Shown: piece by piece, positions 10,516 to 21,098 of the stretch
Layout of the letters: the number at the start of each line of letters is the position of its first letter
Numbering within the stretch: position 1 is the first letter of the stretch
From: Clostridia bacterium
Lineage (GTDB): Bacteria; Bacillota; Clostridia; UBA1381
Direction of reading: 5' to 3'
DNA: 64,000 nt
NCBI GenBank assembly: GCA_026418715.1
Contig: JAOAAV010000015.1
Coordinates: 6,754 to 70,753 of the forward strand
Position numbers and translations under genes: made by a program
The notes under the pieces: generated by a model
What the model was told of the DNA's origin: nothing
The model's input: the letters and a program-made list of their open reading frames with translations, nothing else
Database searches by the model: none

Positions 10516-11475
10516 ATGCTTATAAGAAATGCTTTTTGTTATGCAGACAGAGTAAGATGCAAATACGGTACAAAAGCTTTAAAATCCGCTTTTTGCAGCA
10601 TGGCGGAGCAAGATAAGCAGTCTGCGGCTGATTTTATAAACAATAAAAAATTGAAGTTTTCTTCCTTGTTTTTGCTTATTCCGGAGATTTTTAAATTATC
10701 TGTGTATGAATACTTAAATCAACGCAATAAACTTGCGATAAAGCTTTGTGGGAAAATGTTAAAAAATCAAGATATTATATCAAAGTCAGGCAAAATTTCA
10801 TTGGAAGATGAAGAAGCTATTCCTCAAGTATTAAAATGGATTCTGCTCACTGGAGCCGCTGATGACGGTTTATGCGACGATTATGACGAAATACTCGACT
10901 TTACCGCGTCGCTTTTAATTAATACATATCACGATAAAACTATTCTCCCGATTTTGGCAAATCTGATTTTTAAAAGAAATCGCAACGGTTACTATATTCA
11001 TGATTTGGTATGGGTGTTTTTTCACTGCTATGATTCCGATGCACTAAAGCTTATAGCAAGATATCTTCGCTCAAATGAACCGTCGGATATAAAGCTTGCC
11101 TGCAAATTGCTTGGCTTAAATGCCGAAGAATTTAATGTTAAAAAGAGATATTCCGAATATCTTGCTTATCTAAAAGAAAATGAGCCGTACCTGCGTTTTA
11201 CAGGGGAAAGCTTTCTTCGCACAAGCAGACCTCGTCCATATAATGTCGATTGGGATGCGAAATATCTATGTAAAAATGCCGATGATAATCTCGCTCAAAC
11301 GGAAATCGCACTTCTTGATGCCTTCCACAGTGCAGAGGATAACACCAAAGAAATTCTTTGCAGATACTCGCAGAAACTGCACCGTAAAAGCGTGGATGCA
11401 TGGAAGCAATGGCTGCACAATCCAATTGAAGAACAGATTAAAATCGCAGCGGCGAAGTTGGGGGGAAGAAAATGA
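10516..11475 (+). CDS. Hypothetical protein (helical, HEAT/ARM-like impression), translationally coupled to tgl
   Basis: 319-aa ORF with a strong RBS (AAAGGAGA, 8 nt before the ATG). Its stop overlaps the tgl start (ATGA at 11472-11475). I recognise no family. Confidence 0.6.
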   Translation: MLIRNAFCYADRVRCKYGTKALKSAFCSMAEQDKQSAADFINNKKLKFSSLFLLIPEIFKLSVYEYLNQRNKLAIKLCGKMLKNQDIISKSGKISLEDEEAIPQVLKWILLTGAADDGLCDDYDEILDFTASLLINTYHDKTILPILANLIFKRNRNGYYIHDLVWVFFHCYDSDALKLIARYLRSNEPSDIKLACKLLGLNAEEFNVKKRYSEYLAYLKENEPYLRFTGESFLRTSRPRPYNVDWDAKYLCKNADDNLAQTEIALLDAFHSAEDNTKEILCRYSQKLHRKSVDAWKQWLHNPIEEQIKIAAAKLGGRK

Positions 11476-12230
11476 TTTTAGTTGCAAACATCACAGTTGA
11501 TTTGGCGGAATTTGTGGGTGAATATGCTCCAAGTCGTATAGAAAAAAACATTCTTGACATTTTGTCAGCAAGCAGTCACAAGTACAGGTATTCATCCTCA
11601 AAACAACTTGAATTTGAACTTGCCTTGAGAAAAGAAATCATAAATGCCGCAGAAAGCTTAAACCGCAGCGGCATGGACTTTGAGGTTTTCAGAAAATCCA
11701 GATGCAATTCTCGATACTGGGAAAGAACGAATCAGGGAGGATTTGTTTTAAAGGATGATGCTGCGCCAAGCCAGGCAATACAAGATATTTTCACAAACGG
11801 TTTCAAATATGCCACCGAGTGTGCTACGGCGATGATTATTGTATACTATAAAGCGCTTCTTGAGCTTTATGGTAAAGACTTGTTTGATGAAACGTTTCCC
11901 AAAATACATCTTATGAATTGGCATCACATAGATAAAAATTTGACAGAGGTTGGACTCATGCAAAGGGAAACCGACTATTTGCCCGGGGATAGAAGATATT
12001 TCGACAATCCTGACGTGAGCCCGCTTTCGCCGGAAATGCAGGGTGAAAATGTTATTGATATGGGAAACGGCAGGTTTTACGGACACGGAATGGGAATTCA
12101 AAGAGCCGAAGCCATCATCCGCGAATTGAATGAAAACAGAAAGAGAAATGCCAAGGAAAGCGCTTATCTTTTGGACTCGGCAGGCCGCCCTGACTTTAAA
12201 AAACTGGCAGATATATTATATCCTCGATGA
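11472..12230 (+). CDS. tgl: Protein-glutamine gamma-glutamyltransferase (spore coat transglutaminase)
   Basis: 252 aa, collinear with Bacillus Tgl. It has the catalytic-Cys context FKYATECATAMIIVYYKAL and a distal GENVIDMGNGRFYGHGMGI block. Confidence 0.85.
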   Translation: MILVANITVDLAEFVGEYAPSRIEKNILDILSASSHKYRYSSSKQLEFELALRKEIINAAESLNRSGMDFEVFRKSRCNSRYWERTNQGGFVLKDDAAPSQAIQDIFTNGFKYATECATAMIIVYYKALLELYGKDLFDETFPKIHLMNWHHIDKNLTEVGLMQRETDYLPGDRRYFDNPDVSPLSPEMQGENVIDMGNGRFYGHGMGIQRAEAIIRELNENRKRNAKESAYLLDSAGRPDFKKLADILYPR

Positions 12231-12263
12231 CGGGAATTATCTTTGTATAAAGCGGCAAATACA

Positions 12264-12292
12264 GGGACGGGAGTTTTCTTCCCGTCCCATTT
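12264..12292 (+). terminator. Intrinsic terminator after tgl
   Basis: GGGACGGGA-gttttct-TCCCGTCCC (12264-12272 / 12280-12288) followed by ATTTT. Confidence 0.65.
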
Positions 12293-12709
12293 TCACCTGT
12301 TTTTTACCGAGTTCATGTATCCTTCCAAAATAATGCAGGCAGATACGGTATCAAGCAATTTTTTTCGCTTGCGACTGCGAGTGTTTGTTTCCCTCAATAT
12401 ATTTTCGGCTGAAACTGTTGATAATCTCTCATCCCAAAATACAATCTCACCTGTATAATGCTTTTTTAGCTCATCGGCAAAACGATAGGTCATTTCTCCG
12501 CGAAAGCCTATACTGCCGTCCATATTTTTAGGAAGTCCTATAACTATTTTTTCAGGGTCATACTGATTTATTATTACCGATAAATCATCTATCAAACGTT
12601 TCATGCCTTTGTTTTGCAAGGTACCTACAGCTTGCGCCGTCCAGCCCATAATATCACTGACAGCTACACCAACTCTGCTGTCGCCGTAATCAATTCCTAA
12701 TATACGCAT
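12293..12709 (-). CDS. ruvX: Holliday junction resolvase-like nuclease RuvX (YqgF)
   Basis: 138 aa. MRILGIDYGDSRVGVAVSD and DERLSTV are the hallmark YqgF motifs. Confidence 0.9.
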   Translation of the reverse strand: MRILGIDYGDSRVGVAVSDIMGWTAQAVGTLQNKGMKRLIDDLSVIINQYDPEKIVIGLPKNMDGSIGFRGEMTYRFADELKKHYTGEIVFWDERLSTVSAENILRETNTRSRKRKKLLDTVSACIILEGYMNSVKNR

Positions 12710-12718
12710 TTTTTCTCC

Positions 12719-15466
12719 TTAACTTCCTGTATGTTCATCGGCCCTCGGAGGCCCAACAAAAGAATTTTTCTCATCTACTTCTTTTTTCTTTTCCTTCAGC
12801 TTAGACATTTTTTCGTCAAACTCACGCATCGCTTTTCCGTAATTTTCCCAATCGTTCGCCATATTATACTGTTTTATGCTGTCATACATATTTATAATGG
12901 AATCTATAAGCTCATTTAGGGTGGGTTCTTCTTCAAGGTTTTCTTGTACATCAATATTTGCTCTCTTCTTTCCGAAAATAACCTGAAGACTATCAAACAG
13001 AGTCTTTTCCATGGCAATTTTATCGTTGTATATTGCAATAACCCGCTTAAGCTCAGGATATGCTGCAGAGTTTTCCGTATTGGTCACATATACGGGTGAT
13101 ATATATATCAAAGAATTTTTAACGGGCAAAACCCGCATATTACCCATACTGACCTTTGCTCCGTTTGCTGACAGAGCACTGATTTGACCACTGATTGTAC
13201 TGTCATTTTCTATCAGTTTTTCCGCATACATAATTCCATACGCTTTGTTTTCATCGGTTTGATTTACGTGGTATGCAGTTATTTGTCCATAATTTTCTTT
13301 ATCGGAGCCTGCTTCAAGCCACCCGCAAATATCATTGCTTTGAGCTTGCGTGTAAGGGATGGTGATAACGCATGAGGTTTCATTATTTTCGTCTGTTGTC
13401 AGATTATAATAGCTTTCAACGTACTGATTTTCGCCTTTTTTGTTCTTCTCTTTTGCAAAATCCAAAATGTCGTTCTTATCATAAAAGCTTACGGCATCCG
13501 TCACATGATATTTTTTATATATTTCAGCTTGAATTTTAAACATATCCTGCGGATAACGGATATGGGACAAAATATCATCCGGAATTTCGTTTTGTGAGAA
13601 AAGTGTCGGGTACATATTTTTATAAGTTGCCACAAACGGATTATCATTATCAATAATATAAAAATCAACCGTTCCGTTGAACGCATCTATAACCACCTTG
13701 ACAGGGCAGCGGATGTAGTTAATCTGTCCTGCAACAGTAGAATAAGGATACTGATCCGTTACGGTGTATGCGTCAAGAACCCATTTTAAATCCCCATTAT
13801 CCGTAATTATCATATAAGGGTTTGAATCATATAAAAAGAAAGGTGCAATTTTTTTAGCACGCTGTATAATATTTCGATTAATCAGCGCACGGCTCTCAGA
13901 TGTAATCTGCCCCGAAAACAACATTTGATAATCCCTATTCATTACAGATAACACGAGCCTGTTTAAAGTTGTCATCTGAATACCGCCAAAGCCTTCATAC
14001 GAATAGCCGTTTTGTTCAACGTTTTGATAATCGACTTCTGTGTATCCGGTTTTCACCACTACGGAGTTGTTCATCTTTTCACCGTAATAAATTCTCGGCT
14101 GTGTTATCTTGGGAAATCCTACATTTGAAAGCACGGGGATATCCTTCACGATAAATTCAGGCTGATTGTCTGACGCATTTGAACGGATATCGCTGACGAC
14201 TACGCCTGTTCCATGTGTATATTTAAAGGTTTTATTAACATAAGTATCCGTTGTTTTTCCTATTTTGTCATTATCCAGTTCTCTGACGCTGACAGCAACA
14301 AAGGTTTTATCTCCATCAATTTCATAAGGAACAAGGTCACAATCCGAAAATTTGTAATATGTACCCAAGCCTTGAAGTTTATTTGTTGCCGAGAGCTGCT
14401 CATCGGCGTCCGCAATGCAGAAATTTGAAAAAAGCCTGCCGCGGGAAGAAATATCTTTATAAGTGAGATTGTTGGAGATATTGTAGTCTTTTTCTTGTAT
14501 TTTGTCAAGACCGTAGGCCCTTCTTGTCATGTTGATGTTGTTTTGTATATATGGCGCTTCAATCGCAAGCTCGTCAGAATCCACAATTAAACTCTGATTT
14601 ACACAAGCCGCCGCAAATGTAAGCACCCACACACTCGGAAAAATAAGCACGCTTACTACGGCAGGAATAAACTTTGCTTTAAGAAGAAAATAAATGACTA
14701 GAGGAACAATAATAATCAGCAGGAGCGGCGCAATTTTATAATATACAAGCCAAATTTTAATATGAGTGAATCCTGCCCCTGAAATGCCGCCAAAGCTTGA
14801 GTATAAAATATTTTCTTTTGCAAATTTGTAAGAAAGTGCAATGGTGACAACATACAGCATAACATTTGTCATGCTGTGAATAAACACACCCTTGTTTTCA
14901 AAAAGCTTTTTAAATGCTTCAATTCCGTCGCGAAGCTGCAGGAGAACGTAAATTAAGAATGTATATATTATATTAAACAGCAAAATACCTTTCACGCTTT
15001 GAATAACAGCAATATAAAATGGGCGTGTAAAAACATAATATCCTATGTCATGCCCAAAAAGAGGATCTGTTTCCCCGAATTTTGAAGCATTAGAAAAAAT
15101 GAGAAAATTTTGATATACTTTGTCGCTGATGACGGTGCTTGCCAAAAAGGCTAAAATAAAAGTAAAAACCACAATTATAAAAGGTTTTCGCACTACGGCA
15201 AGGTCATTGTTTTGAGTGTATATGATTTTTCGTATGATAAAATTGTTGGCAAGAAAATACATAAATACCAGTGCAAAGCTTAAAGTTTGCACACCTAATT
15301 TTGCAGTGATATTTGTAAAAAATACATAAATGTACCGATATCCGATTTCCGCATACTGCAAATATTCATAGTAAATATTAACAGCAATCACGCCTGCAGC
15401 AATAAGTATTAAAGCCGTAAGAGCAATAATGGGTTTTACTATTCCTTTGAGCCTATTTGACTTCAT
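12719..15466 (-). CDS. UPF0182 family large membrane protein
   Basis: 915 aa with an N-terminal block of ~7 TM segments, then a large soluble region and a C-terminal coiled/charged tail. Size and architecture fit UPF0182. Confidence 0.75.
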   Translation of the reverse strand: MKSNRLKGIVKPIIALTALILIAAGVIAVNIYYEYLQYAEIGYRYIYVFFTNITAKLGVQTLSFALVFMYFLANNFIIRKIIYTQNNDLAVVRKPFIIVVFTFILAFLASTVISDKVYQNFLIFSNASKFGETDPLFGHDIGYYVFTRPFYIAVIQSVKGILLFNIIYTFLIYVLLQLRDGIEAFKKLFENKGVFIHSMTNVMLYVVTIALSYKFAKENILYSSFGGISGAGFTHIKIWLVYYKIAPLLLIIIVPLVIYFLLKAKFIPAVVSVLIFPSVWVLTFAAACVNQSLIVDSDELAIEAPYIQNNINMTRRAYGLDKIQEKDYNISNNLTYKDISSRGRLFSNFCIADADEQLSATNKLQGLGTYYKFSDCDLVPYEIDGDKTFVAVSVRELDNDKIGKTTDTYVNKTFKYTHGTGVVVSDIRSNASDNQPEFIVKDIPVLSNVGFPKITQPRIYYGEKMNNSVVVKTGYTEVDYQNVEQNGYSYEGFGGIQMTTLNRLVLSVMNRDYQMLFSGQITSESRALINRNIIQRAKKIAPFFLYDSNPYMIITDNGDLKWVLDAYTVTDQYPYSTVAGQINYIRCPVKVVIDAFNGTVDFYIIDNDNPFVATYKNMYPTLFSQNEIPDDILSHIRYPQDMFKIQAEIYKKYHVTDAVSFYDKNDILDFAKEKNKKGENQYVESYYNLTTDENNETSCVITIPYTQAQSNDICGWLEAGSDKENYGQITAYHVNQTDENKAYGIMYAEKLIENDSTISGQISALSANGAKVSMGNMRVLPVKNSLIYISPVYVTNTENSAAYPELKRVIAIYNDKIAMEKTLFDSLQVIFGKKRANIDVQENLEEEPTLNELIDSIINMYDSIKQYNMANDWENYGKAMREFDEKMSKLKEKKKEVDEKNSFVGPPRADEHTGS

Positions 15467-15569
15467 TGTAAACTCCTTTCTAAAAATCGTTTAAAAATAC
15501 TGCAAAAAAGAAGTTCGTGAAAATTTGTGCTTTTAAAGTATCGGCATTGCCACTTTTGTCAGAGTGTTC

Positions 15570-16490
15570 TCAATCAGTATTTTCTTCAAACAAAGCTATT
15601 GCAAAATCCAACGGATTAAATACCTGCAAATCGTCAGTGCCTTCGCCTACACCTATGAATTTGACGGGGATTTGCAGTTCTCTGCTTATTGCAATTACAA
15701 TGCCGCCCTTTGCAGTACCGTCCAGCTTTGTCAATATAATACCGGAAATATTCGCAGCTTCCGAAAAAAGTTTTGCCTGGCTTACAGCATTTTGCCCAGT
15801 TGTTGCGTCAAGCACAAGCAAAGTTTCTTTTGACGCGCCGGGAAGTTCTCTTTCAATCACCCTTGATATTTTTGCAAGTTCCGCCATAAGATTTTTCTTG
15901 TTGTGTAATCTGCCTGCTGTATCACAGATCAGTATATCCACTCCTCTTGCTTTTGCGGCATTACACGCATCAAAAACCACTGCGGCAGGGTCGCTGTTTT
16001 CTTTTTGCTTTATTATATCGCAGCCGCTTCTTGAAGCCCAGATATCCAGCTGATCAATTGCAGCGGCGCGAAAGGTATCCGCAGCTGCCAAAAGCACTTT
16101 CTTTCCCTGTGCTTTATAATACGTTGCAAGCTTGCCTATGCTTGTAGTTTTTCCTACTCCGTTTACGCCGATTACCAAAATTACGGAAGGGTTGCTGTCT
16201 AAGTGCATTTGACAATCTTGTTGAGATAAAATGTCACTTATAACGTCTTTTAATTCGTCTTTTACCAAATTTCCGTCCGTAATACGCTTCGTTTTAACCC
16301 TGTCGCGAAGTTCTTTGATGATGTAAGATGATGTTTCCACGCCTATGTCTGCCATAATGAGCGCTTCCTCAAGCTCGTCAAAAAGCTCGTCATCAACCTT
16401 TACAAATGCTTTGAAAACCTCGTTTACCTGTTCCGCAATAGCAGTTCTTGTTTTATTTAGACTCTGCTTTAATTTGTCAAAAAAACCCAT
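15570..16490 (-). CDS. ftsY: Signal recognition particle receptor FtsY
   Basis: 306 aa with SRP-GTPase motifs GVNGVGKTT, DTAGR and TKLDGTAKGG. Confidence 0.95.
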   Translation of the reverse strand: MGFFDKLKQSLNKTRTAIAEQVNEVFKAFVKVDDELFDELEEALIMADIGVETSSYIIKELRDRVKTKRITDGNLVKDELKDVISDILSQQDCQMHLDSNPSVILVIGVNGVGKTTSIGKLATYYKAQGKKVLLAAADTFRAAAIDQLDIWASRSGCDIIKQKENSDPAAVVFDACNAAKARGVDILICDTAGRLHNKKNLMAELAKISRVIERELPGASKETLLVLDATTGQNAVSQAKLFSEAANISGIILTKLDGTAKGGIVIAISRELQIPVKFIGVGEGTDDLQVFNPLDFAIALFEENTD

Positions 16491-16515
16491 ATAATTTCCT
16501 CCTTAAAAGCGGTGC

Positions 16516-19500
16516 TCAATTTGCCATTTCATCTTTTATGTCGTCTATGTGAAGCGACAAAAGTTTCGACACTCCTTTTTCCTGCATAGTAACGCCGTAC
16601 AAAATATTCGATGCTTCCATGGTGCCTCGTCTATGTGTAATTACAATGAATTGTGTCATTGACAAGTAGTTTCTCAAATATGAAGCAAAACGCGACACAT
16701 TGACATCATCAAGAGCTGCATCAATTTCATCTAGTATGCAAAACGGGGTCGGCTTAACTTTTAGTATGGCAAAAAGCAGCGCAATTGCTATAAAAGATTT
16801 TTCTCCGCCCGAATAAAGGTCAATATTTTGAAGTCCTTTGCCAGGCATTTGAACTTCAATCTCAATACCGCTTTCGAGTATATTATCCGGTTCCGACAAA
16901 TAAAGTCTTCCTCTGCCGCCTCCGAAAAGTTCCGAAAACACCTCCGCAAAGCTCTTATTTATTTTTGAAAACTGATTTGAAAAATGTTCTTCCATTAATT
17001 CTTGCGTCGAACGAATAATTTTATTCAAATTTTCCTTTGATTTTTCAAGATCACTTTTTTGCTCGGACATAAATTCAAATCTTGTCTTCACCGTTTTATA
17101 CTCTTCAATCGCATCCAAATTAACACTGCCAAGAGCTTTCATTTTTACCTTCAACTCATTAATTCTCTTTAACGCTTCCTTTTCATTTTCTATTTCTTTT
17201 CTGATTTCTGCGGCGGCGGTATATGTAAGCTCATATTCATCCCACAGTCTGTTTACAATACTGTCATATTCTGTGGAAAGTTTATCTTTCTTTGCTTCAA
17301 TACGTCCAAACTCCTGTTGAAGCAGTATAAGCTTATCTGTCAGATCTTTATTTGACCCTTGAAGCTTTTGAAGCTTATTTACAATATTCTCCTTCTCCGA
17401 TGCAAGCTGGCAAAGTTCATGCTTGATATTCTCGGACAGAGTTCTTGCCTCATCCGCTTCTTGCCGCTTTTCTTCAATATTTTTTTTCAATGTGTCGTTT
17501 TCTTCACAAATACGCGCTTTATCCGCAAATTTGGATTGAATATCCGCATTTTTTGCAGCTATATCATTTTCAATCGCTCTAATACGGTCCTTTGCAACTT
17601 GTATATCTTTTTCGACGGAGCGAAGTTTGACTGTTTTGTCCATCAACAATTTCGCACGCTCTTCCTTTTGAGCAAAAGCGTCTTTGTATTGTTCTTCAAA
17701 AGCTTCAATTTCTTGATTAAGTTTGATAATTCTGTCTTCCTTGACCGAAATAGCGCTTATGAGAGTGCCTATGTCTTCGTTTGCTTTTGCAAGCTGCTCA
17801 TTTATTTGCTCTAATTCAGAGGTTAAGGATTGTTTGGTTTGAGCACTGTTTTCCATAGCTTTTTGCAAATGAACACAGGTATGCTCAAGTCCAAGGAGTT
17901 CATCCTCATATTCACGCACCATAGGAATATATGATGAAAGCTGATTTTCTATGTTTTTCATATCAGCCTCAGCCTCGGCTACCTTATCCTTTTGCTTTTT
18001 TATATTATCTGCTAGAGATGCCAAATCAGCAGCCAAGGTTTTAATATCGTTGGCTCTTGATAAAAAGCTGTTTGCCGGATTTACACTTCCTCCCGACATG
18101 GAACCGCCGGCATTTACTACATCACCATCAAGAGTTACAATGCGAAATTTATATCCAAACGTTCTACTGATGCTTATGGCATTATCGATGTTATCCACAA
18201 CAGCGGTACGCCCGAGAAGGTTTTTTATAATCTGCTGATATTTTCTATCACAGCTTACAAGCTCGCTTGCGACACCGATAAAACCTTCATATTCTCTAAG
18301 ATCGGGTACTGTTACCTGACCTTGCACCGAAGATACGGGCAAAAAGGTTGCGCGTCCGCCATTTATGCGTTTTAAATACTCAATAGCTGATTTTGCGACT
18401 TGCTCATCTTCAACGACAATATTTTGGAGTGCTCCGCCTAATGCGATTTCAATTGCAGTCACATATTCTTTTTTTACGCTAATGAGTCCTGAAATCGTGC
18501 CGTAAATAGCAAGACCTTTAAGTTCCTGTGCTTTCAATACGGCTCTTACGCTTTTTGTATATCCTTCATACTCGTTTTCCATGTCTTCCAGCATTCGTTT
18601 TTTAGAGGCTTTTGAGTTGTATTCCACATTGAGCCTTCCAAGTTCCTCGGCATACTCCTGCAAAAGCTGTTCTGCTTTTGATTTTCTTTGGGAAAATCGA
18701 TTTACTCTCTCCTGCATTTCGGTAAGCTTCTGACGTTTTTCCAATATTAACGCACGATTTTTTTCAATATCGCCTTTTGTGTTCTCAAGTCCTTCGATGT
18801 GGCTTTTCAGTTCTGCCATGACAATATCTCTGCGCTGAGTAAAGCTTTTCTTCAGATTATCAATTCCGCTGACTCTTGCCTTATCGGATGATACTTCATT
18901 CATGCAGGCAATCATGTCACTTTTATGCTCTTCGATTATGCTTTTCCGAGATTTTAATTCTTCGTCAAAATTCATACTTTGAGCTTGTATTTCGTCGAAT
19001 TCCTCCAAAAGCTTTTTTGAATTTTCTTTAAGATCCATGATTTCGTTTTTTATATTTTCTATCTGCAAAAGCAAAGATTCAATTTGTTTTTCTATTGATG
19101 ACACTTCATTATCAATTTTGAGCAGCATTGCTGAGTTGTTTTTTACATTGTTTTCGAATATGGAAATCTTATTTTCCAGAGACATGATTTTTGATTCGTT
19201 TTCACGCAGCGTTTTGTTCATTTCTTCCGTTTTTATATCCTTGATGCGGCTCTCTTCATAAAGAGCATTAAGTGTTCTTTCAAGTTCGCCTTCATGCTCT
19301 TTCAAATCGGTTAATTCATCATTTACGCTTTTATATTGCATCTGAGTTTCCGAAAGAAGCTTTCTGTTTTTTTCTATGGCGGCAAAACTCACGCTGACAT
19401 CCAAACCCTTATATTCTTCGTACAGCATTAGATATTGTCTGGCTTTTTCTGCCTGCTCACCAAGAGGAAGAAGTTGCGTTTCCAATTCAGATATAATATC

Positions 19501-20076
19501 CTTGATCCGTATTAGATTTTCACTTACCGACTCTAGTTTTCGCTGTGCATCTTCTTTCCTGTGTTTATATTTTGATATTCCCGCCGCTTCTTCGAAAATG
19601 CTTCGTCTGTCTTCGGATTTAGTAGACAAAATTTGAGATACATTTCCCTGTCCTATGATGGAATACCCGTCGCGTCCGAGTCCCGTATCCATAAACAGCT
19701 CATGAATATCCTTCAATCTGCATGACGCGCGGTTAATCATATATACACTTTCGCCCGAACGAAAAACTCTTCTTGTCACGATAACTTCCTCAAAATCAAT
19801 GGGAAAAGTTTTATTGCTGTTATCTAAAACGAGGCTTACTTCCGCAAAATTAACGGGTTTTCTTGTCTGCGTCCCCGCAAAGATGACATCCTGCATGGAC
19901 GCTCCTCTAAGAGATTTTATGCTCATTTCACCCATAACCCAGCGTATAGCATCGGCAATATTGCTTTTTCCACTTCCATTCGGTCCTACGATGGAGGTGA
20001 CGCCCTGTTCAAATTCCAAAACCGTTTTATCTGCGAAAGATTTAAAACCTTGAATTTCTATCCTTTTTAAAAACAC
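16516..20076 (-). CDS. smc: Chromosome segregation protein SMC
   Basis: About 1187 aa with a Walker A motif (GPNGSGKSN), long coiled coils, a hinge, and a C-terminal signature LSGGEKS...LDEIDAALD. The preferred start is the GTG giving MFLKRIEIQGFKSF, behind AGAGGTG; the ORF extends to 20085. Confidence 0.95.
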   Translation of the reverse strand: MFLKRIEIQGFKSFADKTVLEFEQGVTSIVGPNGSGKSNIADAIRWVMGEMSIKSLRGASMQDVIFAGTQTRKPVNFAEVSLVLDNSNKTFPIDFEEVIVTRRVFRSGESVYMINRASCRLKDIHELFMDTGLGRDGYSIIGQGNVSQILSTKSEDRRSIFEEAAGISKYKHRKEDAQRKLESVSENLIRIKDIISELETQLLPLGEQAEKARQYLMLYEEYKGLDVSVSFAAIEKNRKLLSETQMQYKSVNDELTDLKEHEGELERTLNALYEESRIKDIKTEEMNKTLRENESKIMSLENKISIFENNVKNNSAMLLKIDNEVSSIEKQIESLLLQIENIKNEIMDLKENSKKLLEEFDEIQAQSMNFDEELKSRKSIIEEHKSDMIACMNEVSSDKARVSGIDNLKKSFTQRRDIVMAELKSHIEGLENTKGDIEKNRALILEKRQKLTEMQERVNRFSQRKSKAEQLLQEYAEELGRLNVEYNSKASKKRMLEDMENEYEGYTKSVRAVLKAQELKGLAIYGTISGLISVKKEYVTAIEIALGGALQNIVVEDEQVAKSAIEYLKRINGGRATFLPVSSVQGQVTVPDLREYEGFIGVASELVSCDRKYQQIIKNLLGRTAVVDNIDNAISISRTFGYKFRIVTLDGDVVNAGGSMSGGSVNPANSFLSRANDIKTLAADLASLADNIKKQKDKVAEAEADMKNIENQLSSYIPMVREYEDELLGLEHTCVHLQKAMENSAQTKQSLTSELEQINEQLAKANEDIGTLISAISVKEDRIIKLNQEIEAFEEQYKDAFAQKEERAKLLMDKTVKLRSVEKDIQVAKDRIRAIENDIAAKNADIQSKFADKARICEENDTLKKNIEEKRQEADEARTLSENIKHELCQLASEKENIVNKLQKLQGSNKDLTDKLILLQQEFGRIEAKKDKLSTEYDSIVNRLWDEYELTYTAAAEIRKEIENEKEALKRINELKVKMKALGSVNLDAIEEYKTVKTRFEFMSEQKSDLEKSKENLNKIIRSTQELMEEHFSNQFSKINKSFAEVFSELFGGGRGRLYLSEPDNILESGIEIEVQMPGKGLQNIDLYSGGEKSFIAIALLFAILKVKPTPFCILDEIDAALDDVNVSRFASYLRNYLSMTQFIVITHRRGTMEASNILYGVTMQEKGVSKLLSLHIDDIKDEMAN

Positions 20077-20087
20077 CTGCTTCACCT

Positions 20088-21098
20088 CTAAACTAAAACA
20101 ATCTCGCCTTTTTTCAATATGGGATTACCCTGTATCTTTAAACGAATTCCGTAGTTTTTATATATTTTACGGATATTTTCTCTTTTATTGCCTACAGCCT
20201 TTGAAATTTCCTTTTCATTAACCTTGATGACTGCTACTTTATTTTTGTGCCCTTGAAGCAGCTTTTCTATTTTATCATAATAAACAGAGCTTTCAACCAA
20301 CTCGCGAAATGAACTGTGGAACGGGCCTGCGACAACAGAACCGTTTGGTGAAATTTCTTTCGTTGTCATAAGCGCAATTCTCACTACTGGAATATTTGCC
20401 TCACTAAACATAAGCAGCAATTTTTTACACAGCGATACCGCTTCATCAAGTGTTTGGGGGATGTATTCTCCTTTTTTGTATTGTTTTTCAAGATATGTGT
20501 CCTTTACCACGAGCGTTGGATATATGCGTGCAAAATCTGGCTTTAGTGCAATCAATTTATTTGCAGTAAAAATTGATTTTTCGGGTGTGTCTTTAGGAAG
20601 CCCGGTCATCATTTGAAGGCCCAATTGAAACGGGTATTGCTTGATTAGACATACCGCTTTTTCAACGTCCACGCTGCCATGGCCCCTGCAAGATGCCGCT
20701 AAAACATCTTCAGCCATGGACTGTACACCCAATTCAATTGTTGTAACGCCATAATTTTTTAAATTTTCAAGAATTTCTTCGGAAACATAGTCAGGTCTCG
20801 TGGAAATGCGGATCCCATCAATTTTCCCGTTTTTTATATATTCGTATGCGGCACCAAGGAGTTCGCATTGAAGTTTTTTGTCAACCCCAGTAAAGCTTCC
20901 GCCGAAAAATGCCGCTTCGACGTACCTATCCTTTTCAGGCAGAGTTTTTAGATGAGTTTCAATTATTTTGGCAACATCGGCGGATGTGATTGTGTTTTGG
21001 GTACCGGTAATATGCTTTTGATTACAGAATACACAATCAAAGGGGCATCCTAAATGAGGGACGAAAATTGGGATATTAAAAACACGTCTGTCACTCAT
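20088..21098 (-). CDS. Radical SAM protein (Elp3-like core without a GNAT domain)
   Basis: The CX3CX2C motif lies at the N-terminus (GCPFDCVFCNQ). 336 aa. Its start overlaps the rnc stop by 4 nt. Confidence 0.8.
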   Translation of the reverse strand: MSDRRVFNIPIFVPHLGCPFDCVFCNQKHITGTQNTITSADVAKIIETHLKTLPEKDRYVEAAFFGGSFTGVDKKLQCELLGAAYEYIKNGKIDGIRISTRPDYVSEEILENLKNYGVTTIELGVQSMAEDVLAASCRGHGSVDVEKAVCLIKQYPFQLGLQMMTGLPKDTPEKSIFTANKLIALKPDFARIYPTLVVKDTYLEKQYKKGEYIPQTLDEAVSLCKKLLLMFSEANIPVVRIALMTTKEISPNGSVVAGPFHSSFRELVESSVYYDKIEKLLQGHKNKVAVIKVNEKEISKAVGNKRENIRKIYKNYGIRLKIQGNPILKKGEIVLV

